This document shows positions 41,058 to 52,923 of a stretch of DNA of 64,000 bases, one piece after another (the first letter of the stretch is position 1; each line of letters begins with the position of its first letter). The stretch is taken from contig JAOPTT010000006.1 in assembly GCA_051531975.1 (NCBI GenBank), positions 160,656 through 224,655 of the forward strand. Direction: 5' to 3'. The stretch comes from Spirochaetaceae bacterium. GTDB taxonomy: Bacteria > Spirochaetota > Spirochaetia > DSM-2461. A program made the position numbers and the translations under genes. The notes below the pieces were generated by a model, which did not search any database, had not been told where the DNA came from, and saw nothing but the letters and a program-made list of their open reading frames with translations.

Positions 41058-44000
41058 ATGAAAAACCTTCTTTTAAGTATAGCTTCGTTATTTTTTTTAC
41101 TCTTTCTTTTTATACCTTCTAATATAGGAGCAAAAGAACCAGCATCTTTAGAACAAGTAACACTCCAATTAAGCTGGAAAAATCAGTTTCAGTTTGCAGG
41201 CTTTTATGTAGCTACTGAACTGGGTTTCTATAAAGATGCTGGACTTGAAGTAGATATAAATGAAGTAGAATCTGATATGTTGGTAACCGAAGAAGTTCTC
41301 TCGGGTAGAGCACACTTTGGTATGGGTAGATCAGGTTTGGTTCTAGAAAAAATGGAAGGTAAAGATGTACATTTACTTTCAGCTATATTACAACATTCGC
41401 CATTTATACTTTTAGGTAAAAAAGCTGAAAATCTTAAAAGTATTGATGATATTAAAAATAAAAAAATTATGCTACTCGACGATGAAGTCTTTATGGCTGA
41501 AGTTATTGCAATGCTTAAAACCAATAATTTACCAAAAGGTAGCTACATAAAACAAGAGCATACTTTCAATGTTAATGATCTGATTAGTGGGAAGACAGAC
41601 CTAATTGCAGCATATACATCAAATGAGCCATACCAGTTATTAAAAAGTGGACTTGAGCCTGTAGTATTTTCACCTAGAACTTATGGGTTCGATTTTTATG
41701 GTGATATTTTATTTACTTCTTCAGAGTTACAACAAAATGATCCAGAATTAGTTTATCGGTTTCATAAAGCAAGCCTTAAAGGATGGGAATATGCATTCTC
41801 TCACATCAATGAGGCCGTAAATATTATTCTGGAAAAGTATAATACCCAAAATAGAACATTTGATTCATTAGTCTTTGAAGGAAATGAACTTAAAAAATTA
41901 GCTTATGATCCTGGAGTTGAATTTGGAAAAATTGATTTAGGACGTATTAAACAGATATCCTTAACATATCATTTAATGGGTTTAGCATCAAAAAGTTTGC
42001 CAGAAAACAGTTCTTTCATAGCTGACCAAATTACTGAAGACAGGGTATTACTTTCAAGAATTGAACGTGAATGGTTAGAAGATCACTTAAAAATTAGAAT
42101 TGCAGCATTAAATGACTTTCCTCCATTCCATTATGTTGATAGTTCTGGTGCTTATGCTGGTATTGCAGTTGATATGCTAAAAATAATATCCTCCAGAATT
42201 GGATTTAATATTGAACCTACTTTTGGTTCCTGGCCAGAGGGACTCGATGCTGTAGAATCAAAAGAATTAGACCTATTACCTGAAATCGTAAATACATTAG
42301 AACGTAGAGAATATTTAAACTTTACTGAACCGATATTGACTGTTCCACATGTATTAGCTATTCCTAAGGACTCAAACATTCGTACTAGTTCAGAATTGAC
42401 AGGTAAAACAGTTGTATTAGAAAAAGGATATTACACAGTTCAATTTGTTAAAGATACATACCCAGATGTTAAAATAATAGAGGTAGATTCAACTATAGAT
42501 GCCTTAGTTACTCTATCAATAAAAGATGCCGATTTCTACATAGGGAACCTATCCCTAATTTCTTACCTTATTGAACAAAATAGTCTTTCAGGTATTAAGA
42601 CAATTCCTTTTAATGCTTTAGGACCACTAAAACTTTCTATTGGTGTTAGAAAAGATTGGAAAGAACTTATTCCTATTTTGGAAAAAGGTTTAGCTTCAAT
42701 AACATTAAAAGAGCGGCGTGAGATCTCAGAAAGGTATGTGCCCAATGCATATAATGTTGAAGGAGAATTAATCCTATCAGATGATGAGAAAAACTGGTTA
42801 AAAAATAATAAAATATTTAAACTTGATGGGTCTACAGATTGGGCTCCATTTGAATTTCTAAACGACCAAGGTATATATTCTGGAATCACCTCAGAATATT
42901 GCTCATGGTTAGAAGAAAACCTGAATATTTCCCTTGATATAAATACTGAAAGAGACAAGGAAGAATCGTTAATAGCAATAAAAAGTGGTGAGATAGATAT
43001 CATTCCGTCACTTATGCGAACTCCAGAAAGGGAAGAGTTTATTGACTTTACAGAACCATACTTAAGAACCCCACTTGTAGTAATTACAAAATTAGATACT
43101 CCATATGTTGAGAGCGTTGGTAATTTAATTAATAAAACTGTGGGCGTAATTAATGATTATGCAGCTACAAATTATATAAAGAGAGATAACCCACAAATAA
43201 ATTATATAAATTTTACTAGTTCAGAAGAGGCTCTACTAGCAGTATCAGAAGGTAAAGTATTTGCTATTATTGAAAACTCAGCAGTTTTAAATTATTTATC
43301 AAAAACATTATATATTGACAACCTTAAAGTAGCTGCACCAACACCTTATTTTATAGATCTAGCATTTGGAGTTAGAAAAGGTCTGCCTGAATTGGTATCA
43401 ATATTAGATAAAGCTTTAATAAGTATACCTGAAACAGATAAAGCAGTATTTCAAGAACGATGGGTTAATGCTCGTATAATGGAAAAGATTAACTGGAAAC
43501 CTGTATGGCAAATAGGAAGTATCATTGCAATTATTGTAATTATAATTATAGGTACAACACTTAATTCTAATAGAAAACTTAGTAAAGAAATACAAGACAG
43601 AATTCATTTACAGAGAGAACTGGTCTCAGCTAAAGAGTCTGCTGAAGAAGCAACTAAAGCAAAAAGTGACTTTCTAGCTAATATGTCACATGAGATTCGA
43701 ACTCCAATGAATGCAATAATTGGATTATCACACCTTATACAGAAAACAGATCTTAATCCTAAACAAGAAGATTACATACATAAGATTTATGGATCGGCCT
43801 ATAATCTTCTGGGTATTATTAATGATATTTTAGACTTTTCAAAGATAGAAGCAGGAAAGTTAACAATGGAAACTATCAATTTTGATCTTGTAGAAGTATT
43901 TGATAATTTAGGTAGTATGATAGGTGATAAAGCCTATCATAAAAAGCTAGAACTTGTATTTCATATAAATTCTAATGTTCCCAAGAAGTTAATTGGAGAT

Positions 44001-45869
44001 CCTCTACGCCTGGGACAAGTTTTATTAAACCTAGCTAATAATGCAATTAAATTCACAGATATTGGTGAAATTGTAATTACCGCAGAATTAATTAATCAAG
44101 AAAATGATCAAGCTGAAATTAAATTATCAGTTAGGGATACTGGTATTGGACTTACAGAAGAGCAGGCAGGAAAATTATTTCAAGCATTCTCACAAGCTGA
44201 TACTTCAACAACTAGAAAATATGGTGGTACAGGTTTAGGTCTTTCAATTAGTAAAAAATTAGTTGAATTAATGGGAGGTATAATTGGTGTCGAAAGTAAG
44301 GATGGTGAAGGTTCCACATTCTATTTCTCAGCAAAGTTTGATATTAGAGAAGACATACAACGTGAAAATATACCCATAGAATTTAATGGTATGAATGTTC
44401 TAATCGTAGATGATAATGCAACGAGCCGAGAAGTGTTAAATGCTTATACAAAAGACTTTTCATTAAATCCTACATCTGTGGATAATGGAGCTGAAGCTAT
44501 ACAATTAATCCAAAAATTATTTGATGAAGATAAAAAAGGATTTGATCTAATATTAATGGATTATAGTATGCCAGAATTAAATGGTTTTCAGACAGCAGAT
44601 AAAATCAATGAAATTCTAAAGCCAGAAGTAAGACCTAAGTATATTCTTGTTACAGGATTTGGGCGAGAAGAAGTTCTAACTGGTGTAAGTCACCATAGTT
44701 TTGAAGGTTTCATTTTAAAACCTGTGAATCAATCGTTATTATTTAACTCTATAATGCAAGCTTTTAATCATAAAAGAAAAGAGATAAAAACAAAGAAAAA
44801 ACATAAATTCCCTGATGGATTTAATTTAATTCGTGGTGCTCAGATATTATTGGTTGAAGATAATGACATCAATCAGCAAGTTGCAAGAGAGATACTAGAG
44901 GGTGAAGGTTTTTATGTTGATATAGCTGAAAATGGAGAAATATGTATTCAAATGGTTCAGCAAAAAGAGTACGATATAATTCTTATGGACTTACAAATGC
45001 CTGTTATGGGTGGTGTAGAGGCCACTATTGAGATTCGTAAGTTGGAATTTTTTAACAATCTACCTATAGTCGCAATGACAGCCGATGCAATGACTGGTAT
45101 TAGGGACAATGTCATAACATCTGGGATGAATGATTACATAAGTAAACCTATAGAAACAACTCATTTGTGGAAAGTTTTAGCATCTTGGATTAAACCTAAA
45201 GAGAGAATCTTACCTGAAAATTTTAATGCTGATTTAATTATTGAACTCGATAATAAATTCCCTGAAATTAAAGGTATTAATACTAGTGCAGGATTACATC
45301 GAGTCGCTCAGAACAAAAAATTATACACAAAATTACTTAAACAGTTTATAGAAGATTATACAGATATAGAATCAAAAGTTAACAATCTGCTAGAAAATAA
45401 TAAAATTGATGAAGCTATACGTGAAGCTCATTCAATAAAAGGTGTCTCAGCTAATTTAGGAGCTGAATCTCTACAAAATATTATGGGTGAAATTGAGAAA
45501 AATATAAAAGATGGTACAGAAATTAAAGATCAATTAGCAATTGGTAATACTATTATGACAGAACTAATACAAGCAATTAATGATAGTGGTGTTATATCAT
45601 CAGTTATTGATGATCAAGTTGTTAAAAATACTATATCAAATGAAGAATTGATCTCAAAATTACAAGAAGTAGAGAATTTTTTGATAAAGAGAAAACCCAA
45701 GCCTGCTTTAGAAATTCTAAACCAATTAGAAACTTATATTATTTCTGATAATATAAGTGAAAAAATTGATAATTCTAGAAGCTTTCTCTCTAAATATAAA
45801 ATGAAAGAAGCGGTAATTTCTATAGAGTCTCTAATTAAATCACTTTCTACAACTGTGTTAATATCATGA
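41058..45869 (+). CDS. Hybrid histidine kinase: NMT1-like + 2 PBPb sensors, HisKA, HATPase, 2x REC, HPt
   Basis: LQLSWKNQFQFAGFY, two PBPb domains, MSHEIRTPMN, EAHSIKG. Confidence 0.95.
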   Translation: MKNLLLSIASLFFLLFLFIPSNIGAKEPASLEQVTLQLSWKNQFQFAGFYVATELGFYKDAGLEVDINEVESDMLVTEEVLSGRAHFGMGRSGLVLEKMEGKDVHLLSAILQHSPFILLGKKAENLKSIDDIKNKKIMLLDDEVFMAEVIAMLKTNNLPKGSYIKQEHTFNVNDLISGKTDLIAAYTSNEPYQLLKSGLEPVVFSPRTYGFDFYGDILFTSSELQQNDPELVYRFHKASLKGWEYAFSHINEAVNIILEKYNTQNRTFDSLVFEGNELKKLAYDPGVEFGKIDLGRIKQISLTYHLMGLASKSLPENSSFIADQITEDRVLLSRIEREWLEDHLKIRIAALNDFPPFHYVDSSGAYAGIAVDMLKIISSRIGFNIEPTFGSWPEGLDAVESKELDLLPEIVNTLERREYLNFTEPILTVPHVLAIPKDSNIRTSSELTGKTVVLEKGYYTVQFVKDTYPDVKIIEVDSTIDALVTLSIKDADFYIGNLSLISYLIEQNSLSGIKTIPFNALGPLKLSIGVRKDWKELIPILEKGLASITLKERREISERYVPNAYNVEGELILSDDEKNWLKNNKIFKLDGSTDWAPFEFLNDQGIYSGITSEYCSWLEENLNISLDINTERDKEESLIAIKSGEIDIIPSLMRTPEREEFIDFTEPYLRTPLVVITKLDTPYVESVGNLINKTVGVINDYAATNYIKRDNPQINYINFTSSEEALLAVSEGKVFAIIENSAVLNYLSKTLYIDNLKVAAPTPYFIDLAFGVRKGLPELVSILDKALISIPETDKAVFQERWVNARIMEKINWKPVWQIGSIIAIIVIIIIGTTLNSNRKLSKEIQDRIHLQRELVSAKESAEEATKAKSDFLANMSHEIRTPMNAIIGLSHLIQKTDLNPKQEDYIHKIYGSAYNLLGIINDILDFSKIEAGKLTMETINFDLVEVFDNLGSMIGDKAYHKKLELVFHINSNVPKKLIGDPLRLGQVLLNLANNAIKFTDIGEIVITAELINQENDQAEIKLSVRDTGIGLTEEQAGKLFQAFSQADTSTTRKYGGTGLGLSISKKLVELMGGIIGVESKDGEGSTFYFSAKFDIREDIQRENIPIEFNGMNVLIVDDNATSREVLNAYTKDFSLNPTSVDNGAEAIQLIQKLFDEDKKGFDLILMDYSMPELNGFQTADKINEILKPEVRPKYILVTGFGREEVLTGVSHHSFEGFILKPVNQSLLFNSIMQAFNHKRKEIKTKKKHKFPDGFNLIRGAQILLVEDNDINQQVAREILEGEGFYVDIAENGEICIQMVQQKEYDIILMDLQMPVMGGVEATIEIRKLEFFNNLPIVAMTADAMTGIRDNVITSGMNDYISKPIETTHLWKVLASWIKPKERILPENFNADLIIELDNKFPEIKGINTSAGLHRVAQNKKLYTKLLKQFIEDYTDIESKVNNLLENNKIDEAIREAHSIKGVSANLGAESLQNIMGEIEKNIKDGTEIKDQLAIGNTIMTELIQAINDSGVISSVIDDQVVKNTISNEELISKLQEVENFLIKRKPKPALEILNQLETYIISDNISEKIDNSRSFLSKYKMKEAVISIESLIKSLSTTVLIS

Positions 45870-46100
45870 TATTGTAATTCTCCAAACTTGCTAGTACTAA
45901 TAATTTTTAATATTTCTAATAGTATTTCAACCTGTATTGATGTTTGGTGAGATTGGGTTAACAGGAATGAAGCAGTATTTGAATATTTATTTAGTATTAT
46001 CTCTACATAAATCGGTTAGAAAAAAGTGCTGGTGCTTAGACTTTTTACATTCATTTAAATATTACTTGATGCACTTAAATAAAAAGATATAATTATATAT

Positions 46101-48299
46101 ATGAAAAAAAATATTATTATATTAATCATTCTATTATTAACACAAAATATCTGGGGTGAGAATTTACTCTCAGGGTCATATAAAATAAACTACTCGAATC
46201 TATCTCCAGGTAAATATTTATCAGAAGATACAGGCAGCTGGGACACCTGGGATAATAAAAATTTTACAGGTGATAGAAATAACTTTGATACCATGATTAC
46301 ACTGGCAACTAAGTTTGATAACTTAATAAACTTAAAAGATGAAATTTTAGGATTATCATTACCTGCAATATCATATCCCCTAAGAATTTATCTGAATAAT
46401 CATCTAATTGCTCTATCTGGAGACATTGGAGAAACAGTTATTGCAAATGGTTTCTCTTCAATAAAAGCGGTTATTTCCCCACAGATGTTAAAATTATCAG
46501 ATAATGATTTAAGAATTGAAATATATCCATATGGTTATTTAACAGCTATAGATAGTTTAAAAATATCAACCTATAGAGAAATATCAAAAGAAGCATTCTG
46601 GAGAGACTTTTTTAGTTCATATCTTATTAGAGCTATAAGTGTAGTCTGCTTAATAATGTCTCTATATTTTGTCTTTCTTTTTTTTACAAGTGAAACAAGT
46701 GACAGAAGTTTTATACTTTTTTCATTGTTATCTATGTCTGTTGCTATTGCTTATCTGGAAATCAGTCTTTCTTATGATTTTACAAATGAACTCCCAATAA
46801 TGAAGGCGAGTAAAATAGGATTTTTATTAGCAAATACATCGCTTCTAAATTTTGTCCTTGAATATACAAAAACTAAAAAGTTTAAAAAGAGTTTACAAAT
46901 AATATCAGTTGTTCCAGCATTTATTTTAACAATATTAATATTGGGTCAAAGCTCCAGATATGGTGTTGATATTATATTATCGGTAATGACTAACTATTAT
47001 TTTCCTTTTATAGTTTTTGTTACTCTTTATATTACTGTCTACTCTTTTATTAAAATAAGAAATAGCGAGACATTTATACTGTTATTGGCATTTTTAATTT
47101 TCTTTGGATTTATTTTACACGACCTTATATATGTTAGTTCAAATATTATTCCCTACGCATATTTAGTTCCATATGGATTTCTTTTTTACATACTTGCTAT
47201 GTTTATCATACTCTCTAATCAACAAAATACAATTGCTAGAAAGAGTCGTTTACAGGCAGAATCAATTGTAGATATAAACAAAAGTCAGCAGGAGATGATT
47301 CAAGGGATCAAAACCGTTGCATCAAGTATTCAAGATTCTGGTGTTATGTTAAAAGATAAAATTGACCTATCCAGTGAGATCATAATTGAAAATAGTGCTG
47401 CTAATAAAAAAGTATCTGAAGAGATTAAAGCTCAGGTTACAAATATTGAGGATACAATTCCAAAGATAAAAATAGATCTATCCAAATCTATCAATGAAAT
47501 TCTAGAAGCTGTAACAAACCAGACTCTTTTTGCTAATCAGATTGAAACTACGCTGTCCAGTGTTACTAATAAAATGATGGACAACCAACATAATATTGAT
47601 GATACCCATTCAAAATCAAAATATTTAAGTGAAATTGCACAAAATAATAGAGCTACAATAACAAACTCTACAAAGGCTGTAAAAACAATTCAGGGGCATG
47701 CACAGGTTATTAACGATGTTCTTACAGGAATTATGGATATATCGGAGAGAACAGACCTTCTTGCGGTTAATGCTGCAATAGAGTCTGCCCACGCTGGAGA
47801 AGCTGGTAAAGGATTCGCTGTAGTTGCAAACGAGGTCAGGACGCTCTCATCCCAAACAAGGGCACAAGTTAAAGAAAGCAGTTTAAAGCTAGAAGCTATG
47901 GAACTTGCTATTTCAGAAACTTCAAGATTATCTGTTGAAGTAGAAAAAGGACTTTTTACAATTATTGATGAGGCAGTAAATAGTTCAGAACTCATGGATA
48001 AAACTAGGGAGAATATCGAAGGACAGTATTCAGAAACAACACTACTACTAGAATCTATAAAAACACTAATAAAAGATAGTTCAACGATTAAAGAGCTTTC
48101 TGAATCGAATAAAAATATTAACGATGATGTTCAACATAGTCTCGAAAATTTTAAATCAATGCTGGAGTCTACCTTTATACTAATTGACAATCAGGAAAAT
48201 CAGATTACAAAGTTAAAAGACAATATTCTATCAATTGAGGAATTATTTAAAACTAATGTTAAACATAGTGAAGATCTAACCTCCCTATTAAAACTTTAG
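46101..48299 (+). CDS. Methyl-accepting chemotaxis protein with 7TM-DISM-like sensor
   Basis: [30 protein letters not shown]; ~7 TM segments. Confidence 0.88.
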   Translation: MKKNIIILIILLLTQNIWGENLLSGSYKINYSNLSPGKYLSEDTGSWDTWDNKNFTGDRNNFDTMITLATKFDNLINLKDEILGLSLPAISYPLRIYLNNHLIALSGDIGETVIANGFSSIKAVISPQMLKLSDNDLRIEIYPYGYLTAIDSLKISTYREISKEAFWRDFFSSYLIRAISVVCLIMSLYFVFLFFTSETSDRSFILFSLLSMSVAIAYLEISLSYDFTNELPIMKASKIGFLLANTSLLNFVLEYTKTKKFKKSLQIISVVPAFILTILILGQSSRYGVDIILSVMTNYYFPFIVFVTLYITVYSFIKIRNSETFILLLAFLIFFGFILHDLIYVSSNIIPYAYLVPYGFLFYILAMFIILSNQQNTIARKSRLQAESIVDINKSQQEMIQGIKTVASSIQDSGVMLKDKIDLSSEIIIENSAANKKVSEEIKAQVTNIEDTIPKIKIDLSKSINEILEAVTNQTLFANQIETTLSSVTNKMMDNQHNIDDTHSKSKYLSEIAQNNRATITNSTKAVKTIQGHAQVINDVLTGIMDISERTDLLAVNAAIESAHAGEAGKGFAVVANEVRTLSSQTRAQVKESSLKLEAMELAISETSRLSVEVEKGLFTIIDEAVNSSELMDKTRENIEGQYSETTLLLESIKTLIKDSSTIKELSESNKNINDDVQHSLENFKSMLESTFILIDNQENQITKLKDNILSIEELFKTNVKHSEDLTSLLKL

Positions 48300-48456
48300 A
48301 ATATATTTATATACGTTAAATATTACAAATGTTTGTTTGGATTCATCTGTATTTACAGGATTTTCTTTCCCCAATTAATATCAAATTAATTGATTATGAT
48401 TATACTATAAAATGCATTTAACAAAAAATTATTGTTCTGGAGTTTAATAATTATAC

Positions 48457-48642
48457 ATGTCTAATATTCATAAGATCAATTTAAAACAGCTCATGTTGGT
48501 AAATGAATGGTCTACGGAATTCTTAGCAGAAAAGCTTAATCTAGAGGTTGAAACAATTGAACACTGGGAATCAGGTCATTTAACACCTAGCAGGCGAGAA
48601 ATAATTGATATTCATAGATTGCTTGACAATGATGTGGAGTAA
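48457..48642 (+). CDS. Small XRE-family helix-turn-helix protein
   Basis: LAEKLNLEVETIEHWESGHLTPS. Confidence 0.75.
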   Translation: MSNIHKINLKQLMLVNEWSTEFLAEKLNLEVETIEHWESGHLTPSRREIIDIHRLLDNDVE

Positions 48643-48866
48643 GATATATGACTTTGAAGGCTGGGACTGACTAAATATTACAGACAATTTGTTATCTCTT
48701 TAATATTATTAAAAGAATTGGACATCCCACATTAAATAGAGTTATTTAATGCTGTTAATGAGATTATAAATTTAAAAAAACTGTTAATACTGAATACATT
48801 TCTTTTGTTTAATAAAGGGTTTACCTTACGTATATTTTACATTTACTATATAGGCAGGAGTAGTAT

Positions 48867-50585
48867 ATGAAACCGATAAAAGAGATGATAAAACAAGAGT
48901 GGTTAAGACAGGAGATTATTGGAAGAAACGAGTTCTTTAAATCTCCAGTTGGAAAAAGACCCTTGGTTTATGCTGATTATACAGCAAGTGGTAGAGGTCT
49001 ATATTTTATTGAGAACTATATCCAAAATTTACTACGATTCTATGCAAACTCCCATACAGATGATGATTTTACAGGTAAAACAATGACAAATCTGTTACAT
49101 GAAGCTGAACATAATATAAAAGAAATTGTTAATGCAGGGGACAGTGGTAAAATCATTTTTGCTGGTACAGGTGCCACAGGTGCAATAACCAGACTCCAAC
49201 AGATATTAGGAGTGTTCTGGTCTCCAGCACTTAAAGAAAGATTGGATATAATGATAGATTCATGTTCTGCTGTGTCTGAAGTATCAAGTCCATGTAATAC
49301 TTCCTTACGAGAAAGAATGGATAGTATGAAACCTATAGTTTTTGTTGGTCCATACGAACACCACTCTAATGAGATTATGTGGAGACAGAGTCTTTGTGAA
49401 GTTGTGGAAGTACCTCTGAATTCTTTAGGAGAACTAGATCTTATAATTTTAGAACAGATGGTTTCTGATGAAAAATATAACAAAAGAGAGAAGATTGGAT
49501 CATTTTCAGCTGCATCTAATGTATCAGGGATTATTACTTCAATTTATGATGTTGCTAAAATTATGCACAAACATAACGGTTTAGCATGTTTTGATTTTGC
49601 AGCATGTGCTCCATATGTAGAAATAGATATGAATAAATGTGAAGAATCATACTTTGATGCAATTTATGTCTCACCTCATAAATTTCTAGGGGGGCCTGGA
49701 ACATCTGGTCTGCTAATTTTTAATGAAAAAATATATAATACTGCTCTTGATCCATCTATTGCAGCTGGTGGAACAGTTGATTTTGTAACCTATGACACTC
49801 AGAAATTTACAGATGATATTGAAACAAGAGAAAAACCAGGAACACCAGGGATTCTACAAGCGATTAAGACATCTTTAGTATTTCAACTAAAAGATAGAAT
49901 TGGTATAGAAACAATTGATAAAATAGAAAAGTTTCTTTTTACTGAGTTTATAAATAGGTTTAAAGATAATAAACAGATCAAATTATATGGGTCAATCGAC
50001 CCAGAAAAAAAGGTAAATATAATAGCATTTAATGTAAAACATGGGGATAGATTAATTCATCCTAGACTCTTTACTAGAATAATGAATGATTTTTTTGGTA
50101 TTCAAACCAGAGCAGGTTGTTCATGTGCAGGACCTTATGGCCACCATTTACTGAGTATCGATAGAGAATTATCTTCAAGTTTTGTCTGCCTTTTAGAGAG
50201 CCGTGAATTAGCAGGGCTAAAGCCAGGTTGGGTCAGATTAAATCTTCACTTCTCATTTTCTGATAGCGAGTATGAATATATATGTAATACCTTGGAATAT
50301 TTAATAGAGAAAGCACATCTTTTTATACCTCTATATAAGTTTGATATAAAAACAGGAGAGTGGAAATACAAAGATGGACAGGAAGATAATTTTACATTAG
50401 ATCTTGATGAAGTCTTAGATTCTGGTCCTCTATGGAAAAGATCATCACCTTCTCTTGATCTGTTATTAGAAGAGAATATTAAAGAAGCTGATAAAATACT
50501 TTCTAAAGTTGATCCAAACCCTAAATATAAAATATATGATCCTGAAATAGAAAATGTTATATTCTTTAATACAATGGATGACTAA
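48867..50585 (+). CDS. Class V PLP-dependent aminotransferase / cysteine desulfurase-like
   Basis: YADYTASG, EHHSN, SPHKFLGG, RAGCSCAGPY. Confidence 0.9.
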   Translation: MKPIKEMIKQEWLRQEIIGRNEFFKSPVGKRPLVYADYTASGRGLYFIENYIQNLLRFYANSHTDDDFTGKTMTNLLHEAEHNIKEIVNAGDSGKIIFAGTGATGAITRLQQILGVFWSPALKERLDIMIDSCSAVSEVSSPCNTSLRERMDSMKPIVFVGPYEHHSNEIMWRQSLCEVVEVPLNSLGELDLIILEQMVSDEKYNKREKIGSFSAASNVSGIITSIYDVAKIMHKHNGLACFDFAACAPYVEIDMNKCEESYFDAIYVSPHKFLGGPGTSGLLIFNEKIYNTALDPSIAAGGTVDFVTYDTQKFTDDIETREKPGTPGILQAIKTSLVFQLKDRIGIETIDKIEKFLFTEFINRFKDNKQIKLYGSIDPEKKVNIIAFNVKHGDRLIHPRLFTRIMNDFFGIQTRAGCSCAGPYGHHLLSIDRELSSSFVCLLESRELAGLKPGWVRLNLHFSFSDSEYEYICNTLEYLIEKAHLFIPLYKFDIKTGEWKYKDGQEDNFTLDLDEVLDSGPLWKRSSPSLDLLLEENIKEADKILSKVDPNPKYKIYDPEIENVIFFNTMDD

Positions 50586-50666
50586 ATAGATTGTAGTTTA
50601 CAAACAAATTATTAAGTATTTTGTTGTAAAATAATTAAAAAATACAGAACTATAAGGGGCAATGTT

Positions 50667-51911
50667 TTGATTAAAATAATTTTATTTATATTTTGCTTAG
50701 TACTTTCTAGCAACTTTATTCATGCTTATGATGATTTTTTTTATACAAGTTACGATGATAAGGTTATTAATATATTTAAACTCAAAGAAGATAAAAATGA
50801 TTCTTCCCAATTTACAGATAAATTGTATAAAGCTATAAAAAGTGATAATGAATATGAGGTTTATAAACTTATACAAAGAGGTGGGGATCCTAACTATGAA
50901 ATAGAATATAGTAACTATAGAGGGTTATATATTTATAAATTGCCAATCTTACTTTATGCTGTAGAGAAAAAAGATTATAAATTAGCACAGTTATTATTAG
51001 ACAAAGGTGCTGATCCGATGACTTCCTATAAATACGAATATGAAGATAGTAACCTTACAGTTTTTTCAAGAGTATTAGAAATGGATAATGTAAGATTTAT
51101 ATCGATGTTTTATACTAAAAATATATGGAAAAATCAACTTGATCTATTTTCTAAAATACAAAGTACAATTACACTTCAGGTATTTATAAATGATGGATTA
51201 AAGATCATTAATAGTGACAATGAGAATAAAAAAAGTAATACATTAAACTACATTTCAGAAAGTAAAAAAAGTCATAATTTAATATCTCACTTTATCAAAA
51301 ATACTGATTTATCAAAAGTTCATATAAATAATTTACTAATTAAGGGTATTACTTCTGATCTATTAGTTTATGCAATTAAAAATGGTATTAAGTATGAAAT
51401 AGATTCTGAAACATATTTTTATTTTGGTGGCAAATGGAGAAAAGAAACTATATCTCCATTTAAACTTGCAGTGAGGTTAGGAAAACTTGAAGTATTGTTA
51501 GAAGCAGAATTAAAGTCAAAAGTGATGTTTAAAAAGGAATATGCTACTAATAATTCTTTATTACACACAGCTTTATTAGATAAAGATTATCAAGATGCAA
51601 AAAATCTTATTATATCAGGAATAGACTTAACAATTAGAAATTCTTATGGAGATACTATTTTTGATTATATCTTCTCAGAAATAGTTCCAGATAATATTAA
51701 AATAGATCTGTTTAAAGCGATGTCTATTTATGATATTTTACTTTATGAGTTACAAAACGAAACCATTGATGGTTTTTCTAGCTTAATAAATAAAATATAT
51801 TCTGAAGATACAATTATATCGGCTTATGAGCAGATTCAAAATAATGAAAAGTTACCATTAAAAACAAGAGATAATGCATCTTTCAATATTGAAATGTATG
51901 CCCTATGGTAA
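50667..51911 (+). CDS. Secreted ankyrin-repeat protein
   Basis: Signal peptide, LLLDKGADP, SLLHTAL, GDTIFDY. Confidence 0.7.
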   Translation: MIKIILFIFCLVLSSNFIHAYDDFFYTSYDDKVINIFKLKEDKNDSSQFTDKLYKAIKSDNEYEVYKLIQRGGDPNYEIEYSNYRGLYIYKLPILLYAVEKKDYKLAQLLLDKGADPMTSYKYEYEDSNLTVFSRVLEMDNVRFISMFYTKNIWKNQLDLFSKIQSTITLQVFINDGLKIINSDNENKKSNTLNYISESKKSHNLISHFIKNTDLSKVHINNLLIKGITSDLLVYAIKNGIKYEIDSETYFYFGGKWRKETISPFKLAVRLGKLEVLLEAELKSKVMFKKEYATNNSLLHTALLDKDYQDAKNLIISGIDLTIRNSYGDTIFDYIFSEIVPDNIKIDLFKAMSIYDILLYELQNETIDGFSSLINKIYSEDTIISAYEQIQNNEKLPLKTRDNASFNIEMYALW

Positions 51912-52006
51912 TCTTTATTATCTATATTTATAAATAATTCTTCATTTTATAATCTCCTACAAAATAGTTATTGAACATAATAATACTACACTATGCAATT
52001 CCTCCA

Positions 52007-52055
52007 TTGACAAAAATAGTATTACGATGCAATATTGTGTATATACAGTATACAC
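52007..52055 (+). promoter_or_regulatory. Promoter with YtrA/GntR-type palindromic operator
   Basis: TTGACA at 52007; GTGTATA-tacag-TATACAC at 52037-52055. Confidence 0.7.
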
Positions 52056-52078
52056 GGTTTATTACTGTTGGAGGAACT

Positions 52079-52921
52079 ATGATACTAAAAGTTGAAAATT
52101 TAAATAAATCATTTCCTAAGTTTGAACTTAAGGATGTCTCTTTTTCATTAGATAAAGGCTATATTATGGGTTTCATTGGAGCTAATGGTGCAGGTAAAAC
52201 AACTACAATCAAATCAATCATTAATTTAATGCATCCAGAAAGTGGAAATATAGAGATACTAGGGTCGAACTTTAAAGAAAATGAATATGAAATAAAACAG
52301 AAGTTAGCATTTGTTGTTGGAGACTCTGACTATTACCCAAATAAAAAATTAAAAAACATAACTGAAGTAGTAAAGAGATTTTATATAAATTGGGATGATG
52401 ATAAGTACAATAAATATATGAAAAAATTCTCATTAGATGATGATAAAAAAATTAGAGAGTTATCAAGTGGGATGAAAGTAAAGTTTCAAATTACACTTGC
52501 ACTCTCTTATGGTGCAATTCTATTTATTTTTGACGAACCAACATCTGGTTTAGATCCTGTAGCAAGGGATAATCTCTTAGAACTTTTCCAGGAAATTGTT
52601 GAAGATGGAGATAAAAGTATTCTTTTTTCTACTCACATTACTTCTGATCTAGAAAAGTGTGCCGACTTTATTACTTTTATACAAAATGGAAGCATTATTA
52701 AAACCCAGGAAAAAGATGATTTTATTAATTCCTACAGAGTTATTAATGGTACTGAAGATCAACTAGAAAGTATTAAACCTAATCTTATTTCGTATAAAAA
52801 AGACTCTTTTGGTTTTAGAGCTTTAATAAAATATCCGGAATTTGAAAATCTAGATGACTACCAGAATGTCAGACCATCCTTAGACGAGATTATGATATTT
52901 CACTCAAAAATGGAGATATAA
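52079..52921 (+). CDS. ABC transporter ATP-binding protein (YtrB-like)
   Basis: SD GGAGG before ATG 52079; GANGAGKT, LSSGM, DEPTSGLD. Confidence 0.93.
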   Translation: MILKVENLNKSFPKFELKDVSFSLDKGYIMGFIGANGAGKTTTIKSIINLMHPESGNIEILGSNFKENEYEIKQKLAFVVGDSDYYPNKKLKNITEVVKRFYINWDDDKYNKYMKKFSLDDDKKIRELSSGMKVKFQITLALSYGAILFIFDEPTSGLDPVARDNLLELFQEIVEDGDKSILFSTHITSDLEKCADFITFIQNGSIIKTQEKDDFINSYRVINGTEDQLESIKPNLISYKKDSFGFRALIKYPEFENLDDYQNVRPSLDEIMIFHSKMEI

Positions 52922-52923
52922 TT

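Noticed and set aside
45900..45990. FGEIGLTG peptide resembling RadA or the ComM N-domain
   Set aside because: Too short; equally explained as an eroded signal-peptide/PBP gene start or chance.
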